Source: Eledone cirrhosa (Eukaryota). Taken from it: DNA of 64,000 bases. Below are positions 1 to 15,000 of this stretch, in pieces. The position numbers were made by a program, and so were the translations under genes. The notes under the pieces were generated by a model. That model saw only the letters and a program-made list of their open reading frames with translations. It was not told the origin of the DNA and made no database searches. The stretch is taken from assembly GCA_964016885.1 (NCBI GenBank), contig OZ024742.1:44950001-45014000 (forward strand), given 5' to 3'. How positions within the stretch are numbered: position 1 is the first letter of the stretch; every line of letters begins with the position of its first letter.

Positions 1-3000
1 ATGTCACTATAGCAGCCCTAAGACTCAATCATGTGTTATATGGCCAAAACATGCTGTATGTCACTATAGCAGCCCTAAGACTCCATCATGTGTTATATGG
101 CCAAAACATGCTGTATGTCACTATAGCAGCCCTATGACTCAATCATGTGTCATATGCCCAAAACATGCTGTATGTCACTATAGCAGCCCTATGACTCAAT
201 CATGTGTTATATGGACAAAACATGCTGTATGTCACTATAGCAGCCCTATGACTCCATCAGATGTTATATGGCCAAAACATGCTGTATGTCACTATAGCAC
301 CCCTAAGACTCCATCATGTGTTATATGGCCAAAACATGCTGTATGTCACTATAGCAGCCCTGTGACTAAATTATGTGTTATATGGCCAAAACATGCTGTA
401 TGTCACTATAGCACCCCTATGACTCAATCATGTGTTATATGGCCAAAACATGCTGTATGTCACTATAGCACCCCTAAGACTCCATCATGTGTTATATGGC
501 CAAAACATGCTGTATGTCACTATAGCACCCCTATGACTCAATCATGTGTTATATGCCCAAAACATGCTGTATGTCACTATAGCACCCCTAAGACTCCATC
601 ATGTGTTATATGGCCAAAACATGCTGTATGTCACTATAGCACCCCTATGACTCCATCATGTGTTATATGGCCAAAACATGCTGTATGTCACTATAGCACC
701 CCTATGACTCAATCATGTGTTATATGACCAAAACATGCTGTATGTCACTATAGCAGCCCTAAGACTCAATCATGTGTTATATGGCCAAAACATGCTGTAT
801 GTCACTATAGCACCCCTAAGACTCCATCATGTGTTATATGACCAAAACATGCTGTATGTCACTATAGCACCCCTAAGACTCAATCATGTGTTATATGGCC
901 AAAACATGCTGTATGTCACTATAGCACCGCTAAGACTCCATCATGTGTTATATGGCCAAAACATGCTGTATGTCACTATAGCACCCCTATGACTCAATCA
1001 TGTGTTATATGGCCAAAACATGCTGTATGTCACTATAGCACCCCTAAGACTCCATCATGTGTTATATGGCCAAAACATGCTGTATGTCACTATAGCAGCC
1101 CTATGACTCCATCATGTGTTATATGACCAAAACATGCTGTATGTCACTATAGCAGCCCTAAGACTCAATCATGTGTTATATGGCCAAAACATGCTGTATG
1201 TCACTATAGCACCCCTAAGACTCAATCATGTGTTATATGGCCAAAACATGCTGTATGTCACTATAGCAGCCCTATGACTCAATCATGTGTCATATGCCCA
1301 AAACATGCTGTATGTCACTATAGCAGCCCTATGACTCCATCATGTGTTATATGACCAAAACATGCTGTATGTCACTATAGCAGCCCTAAGACTCAATCAT
1401 GTGTTATATGGCCAAAACATGCTGTATGTCACTATAGCAGCCCTAAGACTCCATCATGTGTTATATGGCCAAAACATGCTGTATGTCACTATAGCAGCCC
1501 TATGACTCAATCATGTGTCATATGCCCAAAACATGCTGTATGTCACTATAGCAGCCCTATGACTCAATCATGTGTTATATGGACAAAACATGCTGTATGT
1601 CACTATAGCAGCCCTATGACTCCATCAGATGTTATATGGCCAAAACATGCTGTATGTCACTATAGCACCCCTAAGACTCCATCATGTGTTATATGGCCAA
1701 AACATGCTGTATGTCACTATAGCAGCCCTATGACTCAATCATGTGTTATATGGCCAAAACATGCTGTATGTCACTATAGCACCCCTAAGACTCCATCATG
1801 TGTTATATGGCCAAAACATGCTGTATGTCACTATAGCAGCCCTATGACTCAATCATGTGTTATATGGCCAAAACATGCTGTATGTCACTATAGCACCCCT
1901 ATGACTCAATCATGTGTTATATGGCCAAAACATGCTGTATGTCACTATAGCACCCCTAAGACTCCATCATGTGTTGTATGAGCAAAACATGCTGTATGTC
2001 ACTATAGCACCCCTAAGACTCAATCATGTGTTATATGGCCAAAACATGCTGTATGTCACTATAGCACCCTATGACTCAATCATGTGTTATATGGCCAAAA
2101 CATGCTGTATATCACTATAGCACCCCTATGACTCAATCATGTGTTATATGCCCAGAACATGCTGTATGTCACTATAGCACCCCTAAGACTCCATCATGTG
2201 TTATATGGCCAAAACATGCTGTATGTCACTATAGCACCCCTAAGACTCCATCATGTGTTATATGACCAAAACATGCTGTATGTCACTATAGCACCCCTAT
2301 GACTCAATCATGTGTTATATGGCCAAAACATGCTGTATGTCACTATAGCAACCCTAAGACTCAATCATGTGTTATATGCCCAGAACATGCTGTATGTCAC
2401 TATAGCACCCCTAAGACTCCATCATGTGTTATATGCCCAAAACATGCTGTATGTCACTATAGCACCCCTATGACTCAATCATGTGTTATATGGCCAAAAC
2501 ATGCTGTATGTCACTATAGCACCCCTAAGACTCCATCATGTGTTATATGGCCAAAACATGCTGTATGTCACTATAGCACCCCTATGACTCCATCATGTGT
2601 TATATGGCCAAAACATGCTGTATGTCACTATAGCACCCCTAAGACTCCATCATGTGTTATATGGCCAAAACATGCTGTATGTCACTATAGCACCCCTATG
2701 ACTAAATCATGTGTTAAATGCCCAAAACATGCTGTATGTCACTATAGCACCCCTAAGACTCCATCATGTGTTATATGGCCAAAACATGCTGTATGTCACT
2801 ATAGCACCCCTAACACTCCATCATGTGTTATATGGCCAAAACATGCTGTATGTCACTATAGCAGCCCTATGACTCAATCATGTGTTATATGGCCAAAACA
2901 TGCTGTATGTCACTATAGCACCTCTATGACTCCATCATGTGTTATATGGCCAAAACATGCTGTATGTCACTATAGCACCCCTAAGACTCCATCATGTGTT

Positions 3001-6000
3001 ATATGGCCAAAACATGCTGTATGTCACTATAGCACCCCTATGACTAAATCATGTGTTAAATGCCCAAAACATGCTGTATGTCACTATAGCACCCCTAAGA
3101 CTCCATCATGTGTTATATGGCCAAAACATGCTGTATGTCACTATAGCACCCCTAACACTCCATCATGTGTTATATGGCCAAAACATGCTGTATGTCACTA
3201 TAGCACCCCTATGACTCAATCATGTGTTATATGGCCAAAACATGCTGTATGTCACTATAGCAGCCCTATGACTCAATCATGTGTTATATGGCCAAAACAT
3301 GCTGTATGTCACTATAGCACCCCTAAGACTCCATCATGTGTTATATGGCCAAAACTTGCTGTATGTCACTATAGCACTCCTAAGACTCCATCATGTGTTA
3401 TATGGCCAAAACATGCTGTATGTCACTATAGCACCCCTATGACTCAATCATGTGTTATATGACCAAAACATGCTGTATGTCACTATAGCACCCCTATGAC
3501 TCAATCATGTGTTATATGCCCAAAACATGCTGTATGTCACTATAGTAGCCCTATGACTCAATCATGTGTTATATGGCCAAAACATGGTGTATGTCACTAT
3601 ATCAGCCCAATGACTCCATCATGTGTTATAGGCCCAAAACATGCTGTATGTCACTATAAAACCCCTAAGACTCCATCATGTGTTATATGGCCAAAACATG
3701 CTGTATGTCACTATAGCACCCCTATGACGCAATCATGTGTTATATGGCCAAAACATGCTGTATGTCACTATAGCACCCCTAAGACTTCATCATGTGTTAT
3801 ATGACCAAAACATGCTGTATGTCACTATAGCACCCCTAAGACTCCATCATGTGTTATATGCCCAAAACATGCTGTATGTCACTATAGCACCCCTAAGACT
3901 CCATCATGTGTTATATGGCCAAAACATGCTGTATGTCCCTATAGCAGCCCCATGACTCCATCATGTGTTATATGGCCAAAACATGCTGTATGTCACTATA
4001 GCACCCCTATGACTCCATCATGTGTTATATGGCCAAAACATGCTGTATGTCACTATAGCACCCTTAAGACTCCATCATGTGTTATATGGCCAAAACATGC
4101 TGTATGTCACTATAGCAGCCCTATGACTCAATCATGTGTTATATGGCCAAAACATGCTGTATGTCACTATAGCACCGCTAAGACTCCATCATGTGGTTAT
4201 ATGGCCAAAACATGCTGTATGTCACTATAGCAGCCCTATGACTCAATCATGTGTTATATGGCCAAAACATGCTGTATGTCACTATAGCACCCCAATGACT
4301 CAATCATGTGTTATATGGCCAAAACATGCTGTATGTCACTATAGCACCCCTATGACTCCATCAGATATTATATGGCCAAAACATGCTGTATGTCACTATA
4401 GCACCTCTAGGACTCCATCATGTGTTATATGGCCAAAACATGCTGTATGTCACTATAGCACCCCTATGACTCCATCATGTGTTATATGGCCAAAACATGC
4501 TGTATGTCACTATAGCACCCCTATGACTCCATCATGTGTTATATGGCCAAAACATGCTGTATGTCACTATAGCACCCCTAAGACTCCATCATGTGTTATA
4601 TGGCCAAAACATGCTGTATGTCACTATAGCACCCCTATGACTAAATCATGTGTTAAATGCCCAAAACATGCTGTATGTCACTATAGCACCCCTAAGACTC
4701 CATCATGTGTTATATGGCCAAAACATGCTGTATGTCACTATAGCACCCCTAACACTCCATCATGTGTTATATGGCCAAAACATGCTGTATGTCACTATAG
4801 CAGCCCTATGACTCAATCATGTGTTATATGGCCAAAACATGCTGTATGTCACTATAGCACCTCTATGACTCCATCATGTGTTATATGGCCAAAACATGCT
4901 GTATGTCACTATAGCACCCCTAAGACTCCATCATGTGTTATATGGCCAAAACATGCTGTATGTCACTATAGCACCCCTATGACTAAATCATGTGTTAAAT
5001 GCCCAAAACATGCTGTATGTCACTATAGCACCCCTAAGACTCCATCATGTGTTATATGGCCAAAACATGCTGTATGTCACTATAGCACCCCTAACACTCC
5101 ATCATGTGTTATATGGCCAAAACATGCTGTATGTCACTATAGCACCCCTATGACTCAATCATGTGTTATATGGCCAAAACATGCTGTATGTCACTATAGC
5201 AGCCCTATGACTCAATCATGTGTTATATGGCCAAAACATGCTGTATGTCACTATAGCACCCCTAAGACTCCATCATGTGTTATATGGCCAAAACTTGCTG
5301 TATGTCACTATAGCACTCCTAAGACTCCATCATGTGTTATATGGCCAAAACATGCTGTATGTCACTATAGCACCCCTATGACTCAATCATGTGTTATATG
5401 ACCAAAACATGCTGTATGTCACTATAGCACCCCTATGACTCAATCATGTGTTATATGCCCAAAACATGCTGTATGTCACTATAGTAGCCCTATGACTCAA
5501 TCATGTGTTATATGGCCAAAACATGGTGTATGTCACTATATCAGCCCAATGACTCCATCATGTGTTATAGGCCCAAAACATGCTGTATGTCACTATAAAA
5601 CCCCTAAGACTCCATCATGTGTTATATGGCCAAAACATGCTGTATGTCACTATAGCACCCCTATGACGCAATCATGTGTTATATGGCCAAAACATGCTGT
5701 ATGTCACTATAGCACCCCTAAGACTTCATCATGTGTTATATGACCAAAACATGCTGTATGTCACTATAGCACCCCTAAGACTCCATCATGTGTTATATGC
5801 CCAAAACATGCTGTATGTCACTATAGCACCCCTAAGACTCCATCATGTGTTATATGGCCAAAACATGCTGTATGTCCCTATAGCAGCCCCATGACTCCAT
5901 CATGTGTTATATGGCCAAAACATGCTGTATGTCACTATAGCACCCCTATGACTCCATCATGTGTTATATGGCCAAAACATGCTGTATGTCACTATAGCAC

Positions 6001-9000
6001 CCTTAAGACTCCATCATGTGTTATATGGCCAAAACATGCTGTATGTCACTATAGCAGCCCTATGACTCAATCATGTGTTATATGGCCAAAACATGCTGTA
6101 TGTCACTATAGCACCGCTAAGACTCCATCATGTGGTTATATGGCCAAAACATGCTGTATGTCACTATAGCAGCCCTATGACTCAATCATGTGTTATATGG
6201 CCAAAACATGCTGTATGTCACTATAGCACCCCAATGACTCAATCATGTGTTATATGGCCAAAACATGCTGTATGTCACTATAGCACCCCTATGACTCCAT
6301 CAGATATTATATGGCCAAAACATGCTGTATGTCACTATAGCACCTCTAGGACTCCATCATGTGTTATATGGCCAAAACATGCTGTATGTCACTATAGCAG
6401 CCCTATGACTCTATCATGTGTTATATGGCCAAAACATGCTGTATGTCACTATAGCACCCCTAAGACTCCATCATGTGTTATATGGCCAAAACATGCTGTA
6501 TGTCCCTATAGCAGCCCCATGACTCCATCATGTGTTATATGGCCAAAACATGCTGTATGTCACTATAGCACCCCTATGACTCCATCATGTGTTATATGGC
6601 CAAAACATGCTGTATGTCACTATAGCACCCTTAAGACTCCATCATGTGTTATATGGCCAAAACATGCTGTATGTCACTATAGCAGCCCTATGACTCAATC
6701 ATGTGTTATATGGCCAAAACATGCTGTATGTCACTATAGCACCGCTAAGACTCCATCATGTGGTTATATGGCCAAAACATGCTGTATGTCACTATAGCAG
6801 CCCTATGACTCAATCATGTGTTATATGGCCAAAACATGCTGTATGTCACTATAGCACCCCAATGACTCAATCATGTGTTATATGGCCAAAACATGCTGTA
6901 TGTCACTATAGCACCCCTATGACTCCATCAGATATTATATGGCCAAAACATGCTGTATGTCACTATAGCACCTCTAGGACTCCATCATGTGTTATATGGC
7001 CAAAACATGCTGTATGTCACTATAGCAGCCCTATGACTCTATCATGTGTTATATGGCCAAAACATGCTGTATGTCACTATAGCACCCCTAAGACTCCATC
7101 ATGTGTTATATGGCCAAAACATGCTGTATGTCACTATAGCAGCCCTATGACTCAATCATGTGTTATATGGCCAAAACATGCTGTATGTCACTATAGCAGC
7201 CCTTTGACTCCATCATGTGTTATATGGCCAAAACATGCTGTATGTCACTATAGCACCTCTATGACTCCATCATGTGTTATATGGCCAAAACATGCTGTAT
7301 GTCACTATAGCACCCCTAAGACTCCATCATGTGTTATATGGCCAAAACATGCTGTATGTCACTATAGCACCACTAACACTCCATCATGTGTTATATGGCC
7401 AAAACTTGCTGTATGTCACTATAGCAGCCCTATGACTCAATCATGTGTTATATGGCAAAAACATGCTGTATGTCACTATAGCACCCCTAAGACTCCATCA
7501 TGTGTTATATGTCCAAAACATGCTGTATGTCACTATAGCACCCCTAAGACTCCATCATGTGTTATATGGCCAAAACATGCTGTATGTCACTATAGCAGCC
7601 CTATGACTCTATCATGTGTTATATGGCCAAAACATGCTGTATGTCACTATAGCACCCCTAAGACTCCATCATGTGTTATATGGCCAAAACATGCTGTATG
7701 TCACTATAGCAGCCCTATGACTCAATCATGTGTTATATGGCCAAAACATGCTGTATGTCACTATAGCAGCCCTTTGACTCATCATGTGTTATATGGCCAA
7801 AACATGCTGTATGTCACTATAGCACCTCTATGACTCCATCATGTGTTATATGGCCAAAACATGCTGTATGTCACTATAGCACCCCTAAGACTCCATCATG
7901 TGTTATATGGCCAAAACATGCTGTATGTCACTATAGCAGCCCGATGACTCAATCATGTGTTATATGGCCAAAACATGCTGTATGTCACTATAGCACCACT
8001 AAGATTCCATCATGTGTTATATGGCCAAAACTTGCTGTATGTCACTATAGCAGCCCTATGACTCAATCATGTGTTATATGGCCAAAACATGCTGTATGTC
8101 ACTATAGCACCCCTATGACTCAATCATGTGTTATATGGCCAAAACATGCTGTATGTCACTATAGCACCCCTATGACTCAATCATGTGTTATATGGCCAAA
8201 ACATGCTGTATGTCACTATAGCAGCCCTATGACTCAATCATGTGTTATATGCCCAAAACATGCTGCATGTCACTATAGCACCCCTATGACTCAATCATGT
8301 GTTATATGGCCAAAACATGCTGTATGTCACTATAGCAGCCCTATGACTCAATCATGTGTTATATGCCCAAAACATGCTGTATGTCACTATAGCAGCCCTA
8401 TGACTCCATCAGATGTTATATGGCCAAAACATGCTGTATGTCACTATAGCACCCCTATGACTCCATCAGATGTTATATGGCCAAAACATGCTGTATGTCA
8501 CTATAGCACCCCTATGACTCCATCATGTGTTATATGGCCAAAACATGCTGTATGTCACTATAGCACCCCTAAGACTCCATCATGTGTTATATGGCCAAAA
8601 CATGCTGTATGTCACTATAGCACCCCTAAGACTCCATCATGTGTTATATGGCCAAAACATGCTGTATGTCACTATAGCACCCCTAAGACACCATCATGTG
8701 TTATATGGCCAAAACATGCTGTATGTCACTATAGCACCCCTAAGACTCCATCATGTGTTATATGACCAAAACATGCTGTATGTCACTATAGCACCCCTAT
8801 GACTCCATCATGTGTTATATGGCCAAAACATGCTGTATGTCACTATAGTACCCCTATGACTCCATCATGTGTTATATGTCCAAAACATGCTGTATGTTAC
8901 TATAGCACCCCTATGACTCCATCAGATGTTATATCGCCAAAACATGCTGTATGTCACTATAGCACCCCTAAGACTCCATCATGTGTTATATGGCCAAAAC

Positions 9001-12000
9001 ATGCTGTATGTCACTATAGCAGCCCTATGACTCCATCAGATGTTATATGACCAAAGCATGCTGTATGTCACTATAGCACCCCTATGACGCCATCAGATGT
9101 TATATCGCCAAAACATGCTGTATGTCACTATAGCACCCCTAAGACTCCATCATGTGTTATATGACCAAAACATGCTGTATGTCACTATAGCACCCCTATG
9201 ACTCCATCAGATGTTATATCGCCAAAACATGCTGTATGTCACTATAGCACCCCTATGACTCCATCATGTGTTATATGACCAAAACATGCGGTATGTCACT
9301 ATAGCACCCCTATGAATCCATCATGTGTTATATGACCAAAACATGCTGTATGTCACTATAGCACCCCTAAGACTCCATCATGTGTTATATGGCCAAAACA
9401 TGCTGTATGTCACTATAGCACCCCTATGACTCCATCAGATGTTATATCGCCAAAACATGCTGTATGTCACTATAGCACCCCTAAGACTCAATCATGTGTT
9501 ATATGGCCAAAACATGCTGTATGTAACTATAGCACCCCTATGACTCAATCATGTGTTATATGGCCAAAACATGCTGTATGTCACTATAGCACCCCTATGA
9601 CTCAATCATGTGTTATATGGCCAAAACATGCTGTATGTCACTATAGCACCCCTATGACTCAATCATGTGTTATATGCCCAAAACATGCTGTATGTCACTA
9701 TAGCACCCCTAAGACTCCATCATGTGTTATATGACCAAAACATGCTTTATGTCACTATAGCACCCCTAAGACTCCATCATGTGTTATATGCCCAAAACAT
9801 GCTGTATGTCACTATAGCACCCCTAAGACTCCATCATGTGTTATATGGCCAAAACATGCTGTATGTCACTATAGCACCCCTAAGACTCCATAATGTGTTA
9901 TATGCCCAAAACATGCTGTATGTCACTATAGCAACCCTGTGACTAAATTATGTGTTATATGGCCAAAACATGCTGTATGTCACTATAGCACCCCTAAGAC
10001 TCCATAATGTGTTATATGCCCAAAACATGCTGTATGTCACTATAGCAGCCCTGTGACTAAATTATGTGTTATATGGCCAAAACATGCTGTATGTCACTAT
10101 AGCACCCCTATGACTCAATCATGTGTTATATGGCCAAAATATGCTGTATGTCACTATAGCACCCCTATGACTCAATCATGTGTTATATGGCCAAAACATG
10201 CTGTATGTCACTATAGCACCCCTAAGACTCCATCATGTGTTATATGGCCAAAACATGCTGTATGTCACTATAGCACCCCTATGACTCAATCATGTGTTAT
10301 ATGCCCAAAACATGCTGTATGTCACTATAGCACCCCTAAGACTCCATCATGTGTTATATGGCCAAAACATGCTGTATGTCACTATAGCACCCCTAAGACT
10401 CCATCATGTGTTATATGGCCAAAACATGCTGTATGTTACTACAGCACCCCTATGACTCAATCATGTGTTATATCCCCAAAACATGCTGTATGTCACTATA
10501 GCACCCCTAAGACTCCATCATGTGTTATATGGCCAAAACATGCTGTATGTCACTATAGCACCCCTAAGATTCCATCATGTGATATATGGCCAAAACATGC
10601 TGTATGTCACTATAGCAGCCCTATGACTCAATCATGTGTTATATGACCAAAACATGCTGTATGTCACTATAGCACCCCTATGACTCCATCATGTGTTATA
10701 TGACCAAAACATGCTGTATGTCACTATAGCACCCCTATGACTCCATCATGTGTTATATGGCCAAAACATGCTGTATGTCACTATAGCACCCCTATGACTC
10801 AGTCATGTGTTATATGTCCAAAACATGCTGTATGTCACTATAGCACCCCTAAGACTCCATCATGTGTTATATGACCAAAACATGCTGTATGTCACTATAG
10901 CACCTCTAAGACTCCATCATGTGTTATATGTCCAAAACATGCTGTATGTCACTATAGCACCCCTAAGACTCCATCATGTGTTATATGCCCAAAACATGCT
11001 GTATGTCACTATAGCACCCCTAAGACTCCATCATGTGTTATATGCCCAAAACATGCTGTATGTCACTATAGCACCCCTAAGACTCCATCATGTGTTATAT
11101 GTCCAAAACATGCTGTATGTCACTATAGCACCCCTAAGACTCCATCATGTGTTATATGTCCAAAACATGCTGTATGTCACTATAGCACCCCTAAGACTCC
11201 ATCATGTGTTATATGGCCAAAACATGCTGTATGTCACTATAGCAGCCCTATGACTCCATCATGTGTTATATGACCAAAACATGCTGTATGTCACTATAGC
11301 AGCCCTAAGACTCAATCATGTGTTATATGGCCAAAACATGCTGTATGTCACTATAGCAGCCCTAAGACTCCATCATGTGTTATATGGCCAAAACATGCTG
11401 TATGTCACTATAGCAGCCCTATGACTCAATCATGTGTCATATGCCCAAAACATGATGTATGTCACTATAGCAGCCCTATGACTCAATCATGTGTTATATG
11501 GACAAAACATGCTGTATGTCACTATAGCAGCCCTATGACTCCATCAGATGTTATATGGCCAAAACATGCTGTATGTCACTATAGCACCCCTAAGACTCCA
11601 TCATGTGTTATATGGCCAAAACATGCTGTATGTCACTATAGCAGCCCTGTGACTAAATTATGTGTTATATGGCCAAAACATGCTGTATGTCACTATAGCA
11701 CCCCTATGACTCAATCATGTGTTATATGGCCAAAACATGCTGTATGTCACTATAGCACCCCTAAGACTCCATCATGTGTTATATGGCCAAAACATGCTGT
11801 ATGTCACTATAGCACCCCTATGACTCAATCATGTGTTATATGCCCAAAACATGCTGTATGTCACTATAGCACCCCTAAGACTCCATCATGTGTTATCTGG
11901 CCAAAACATGCTGTATGTCACTATAGCACCCCTAAGACTCCATCATGTGTTATATGACCAAAACATGCTGTATGTCACTATAGCACCCCTATGACTCAAT

Positions 12001-15000
12001 CATGTGTTATATGCCCAAAACATGCTGTATGTCACTATAGCACCCCTATGACTCAATCATGTGTTATATGCCCAAAACATGCTGTATGTCACTGTAGCAC
12101 CCCTAAGACTCAATCATGTGTTATATGGCCAAAACATGCTGTATGTCACTATAGCACCGCTAAGACTCCATCATGTGTTATATGGCTAAAACATGCTGTA
12201 TGTCACTATAGCACCCCTATGACTCCATCATGTGTTATATGGCCAAAACATGCTGTATGTCACTATAGCACCCCTATGACTCAATCATGTGTTATATGAC
12301 CAAAACATGCTGTATGTCACTATAGCAGCCCTAAGACTCAATCATGTGTTATATGGCCAAAACATGCTGTATGTCACTATAGCACCCCTAAGACTCCATC
12401 ATGTGTTATATGACCAAAACATGCTGTATGTCACTATAGCACCCCTAAGACTCAATCATGTGTTATGTGGCCAAAACATGCTGTATGTCACTATAGCACC
12501 GCTAAGACTCCATCATGTGTTATATGGCCAAAACATGCTGTATGTCACTATAGCACCCCTATGACTCAATCATGTGTTATATGGCCAAAACATGCTGTAT
12601 GTCACTATAGCACCCCTAAGACTCCATCATGTGTTATATGGCCAAAACATGCTGTATGTCACTATAGCAGCCCTATGACTCCATCATGTGTTATATGACC
12701 AAAACATGCTGTATGTCACTATAGCAGCCCTAAGACTCAATCATGTGTTATATGGCCAAAACATGCTGTATGTCACTATAGCACCCCTAAGACTCAATCA
12801 TGTGTTATATGGCCAAAACATGCTGTATGTCACTATAGCAGCCCTATGACTCAATCATGTGTCATATGCCCAAAACATGCTGTATGTCACTATAGCAGCC
12901 CTATGACTCCATCATGTGTTATATGGCCAAAACATGCTGTATGTCACTATAGCAGCCCTAAGACTCCATCATGTGTTATATGGCCAAAACATGCTGTATG
13001 TCACTATAGCAGCCCTATGACTCAATCATGTGTCATATGCCCAAAACATGCTGTATGTCACTATAGCAGCCCTATGACTCAATCATGTGTTATATGGACA
13101 AAACATGCTGTATGTCACTATAGCAGCCCTATGACTCCATCAGATGTTATATGGCCAAAACTTGCTGTATGTCACTATAGCAGCCCTAAGACTCCATCAT
13201 GTGTTATATGGCCAAAACATGCTGTATGTCACTATAGCAGCCCTGTGACTAAATTATGTGTTATATGACCAAAACATGCTGTATGTCACTATAGCACCCC
13301 TATGACTCCATCATGTGTTATATGACCAAAACATGCTGTATGTCACTATAGCACCCCTATGACTCCATCATGTGTTATATGACCAAAACATGCTGTATGT
13401 CACTATAGCACCCCTATGACTCCATCATGTGTTATATGTCCAAAACATGCTGTATGTCACTATAGCACCCCTATGACTCAGTCATGTGTTATATGTCCAA
13501 AACATGCTGTATGTCACTATAGCACCCCTAAGACTCCATCATGTGTTATATGACCAAAACATGCTGTATGTCACTATAGCACCCCTAAGACTCCATCATG
13601 TGTTATATGTCCAAAACATGCTGTATGTCACTATAGCACCCCTAAGACTCCATCATGTGTTATATGCCCAAAACATGCTGTATGTCACTATAGCACCCCT
13701 AAGACTCCATCATGTGTTATATGCCCAAAACATGCTGTATGTCACTATAGCACCCCTAAGACTCCATCATGTGTTATATGTCCAAAACATGCTGTATGTC
13801 ACTATAGCACCCCTAAGACTCCATCATGTGTTATATGTCCAAAACATGCTGTATGTCACTATAGCACCCCTAAGACTCCATCATGTGTTATATGGCCAAA
13901 ACATGCTGTATGTCACTATAGCAGCCCTATGACTCCATCATGTGTTATATGACCAAAACATGCTGTATGTCACTATAGCAGCCCTAAGACTCAATCATGT
14001 GTTATATGGCCAAAACATGCTGTATGTCACTATAGCAGCCCTAAGACTCCATCATGTGTTATATGGCCAAAACATGCTGTATGTCACTATAGCAGCCCTA
14101 TGACTCAATCATGTGTCATATGCCCAAAACATGCTGTATGTCACTATAGCAGCCCTATGACTCAATCATGTGTTATATGGACAAAACATGCTGTATGTCA
14201 CTATAGCAGCCCTATGACTCCATCAGATGTTATATGGCCAAAACATGCTGTATGTCACTATAGCACCCCTAAGACTCCATCATGTGTTATATGGCCAAAA
14301 CATGCTGTATGTCACTATAGCAGCCCTGTGACTAAATTATGTGTTATATGGCCAAAACATGCTGTATGTCACTATAGCACCCCTATGACTCAATCATGTG
14401 TTATATGGCCAAAACATGCTGTATGTCACTATAGCACCCCTAAGACTCCATCATGTGTTATATGGCCAAAACATGCTGTATGTCACTATAGCACCCCTAT
14501 GACTCAATCATGTGTTATATGCCCAAAACATGCTGTATGTCACTATAGCACCCCTAAGACTCCATCATGTGTTATATGGCCAAAACATGCTGTATGTCAC
14601 TATAGCACCCCTATGACTCCATCATGTGTTATATGGCCAAAACATGCTGTATGTCACTATAGCACCCCTATGACTCAATCATGTGTTATATGACCAAAAC
14701 ATGCTGTATGTCACTATAGCAGCCCTAAGACTCAATCATGTGTTATATGGCCAAAACATGCTGTATGTCACTATAGCACCCGTAAGACTCCATCATGTGT
14801 TATATGACCAAAACATGCTGTATGTCACTATAGCACCCCTAAGACTCAATCATGTGTTATATGGCCAAAACATGCTGTATGTCACTATAGCACCGCTAAG
14901 ACTCCATCATGTGTTATATGGCCAAAACATGCTGTATGTCACTATAGCCCCCCTATGACTCAATCATGTGTTATATGGCCAAAACATGCTGTATGTCACT

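Noticed and set aside
4-12. TCACTATAG in each monomer resembles the 3' half of the T7 promoter
   Set aside because: The upstream specificity region (TAATACGAC) is absent; a chance 9-mer, with no other sign of vector sequence.
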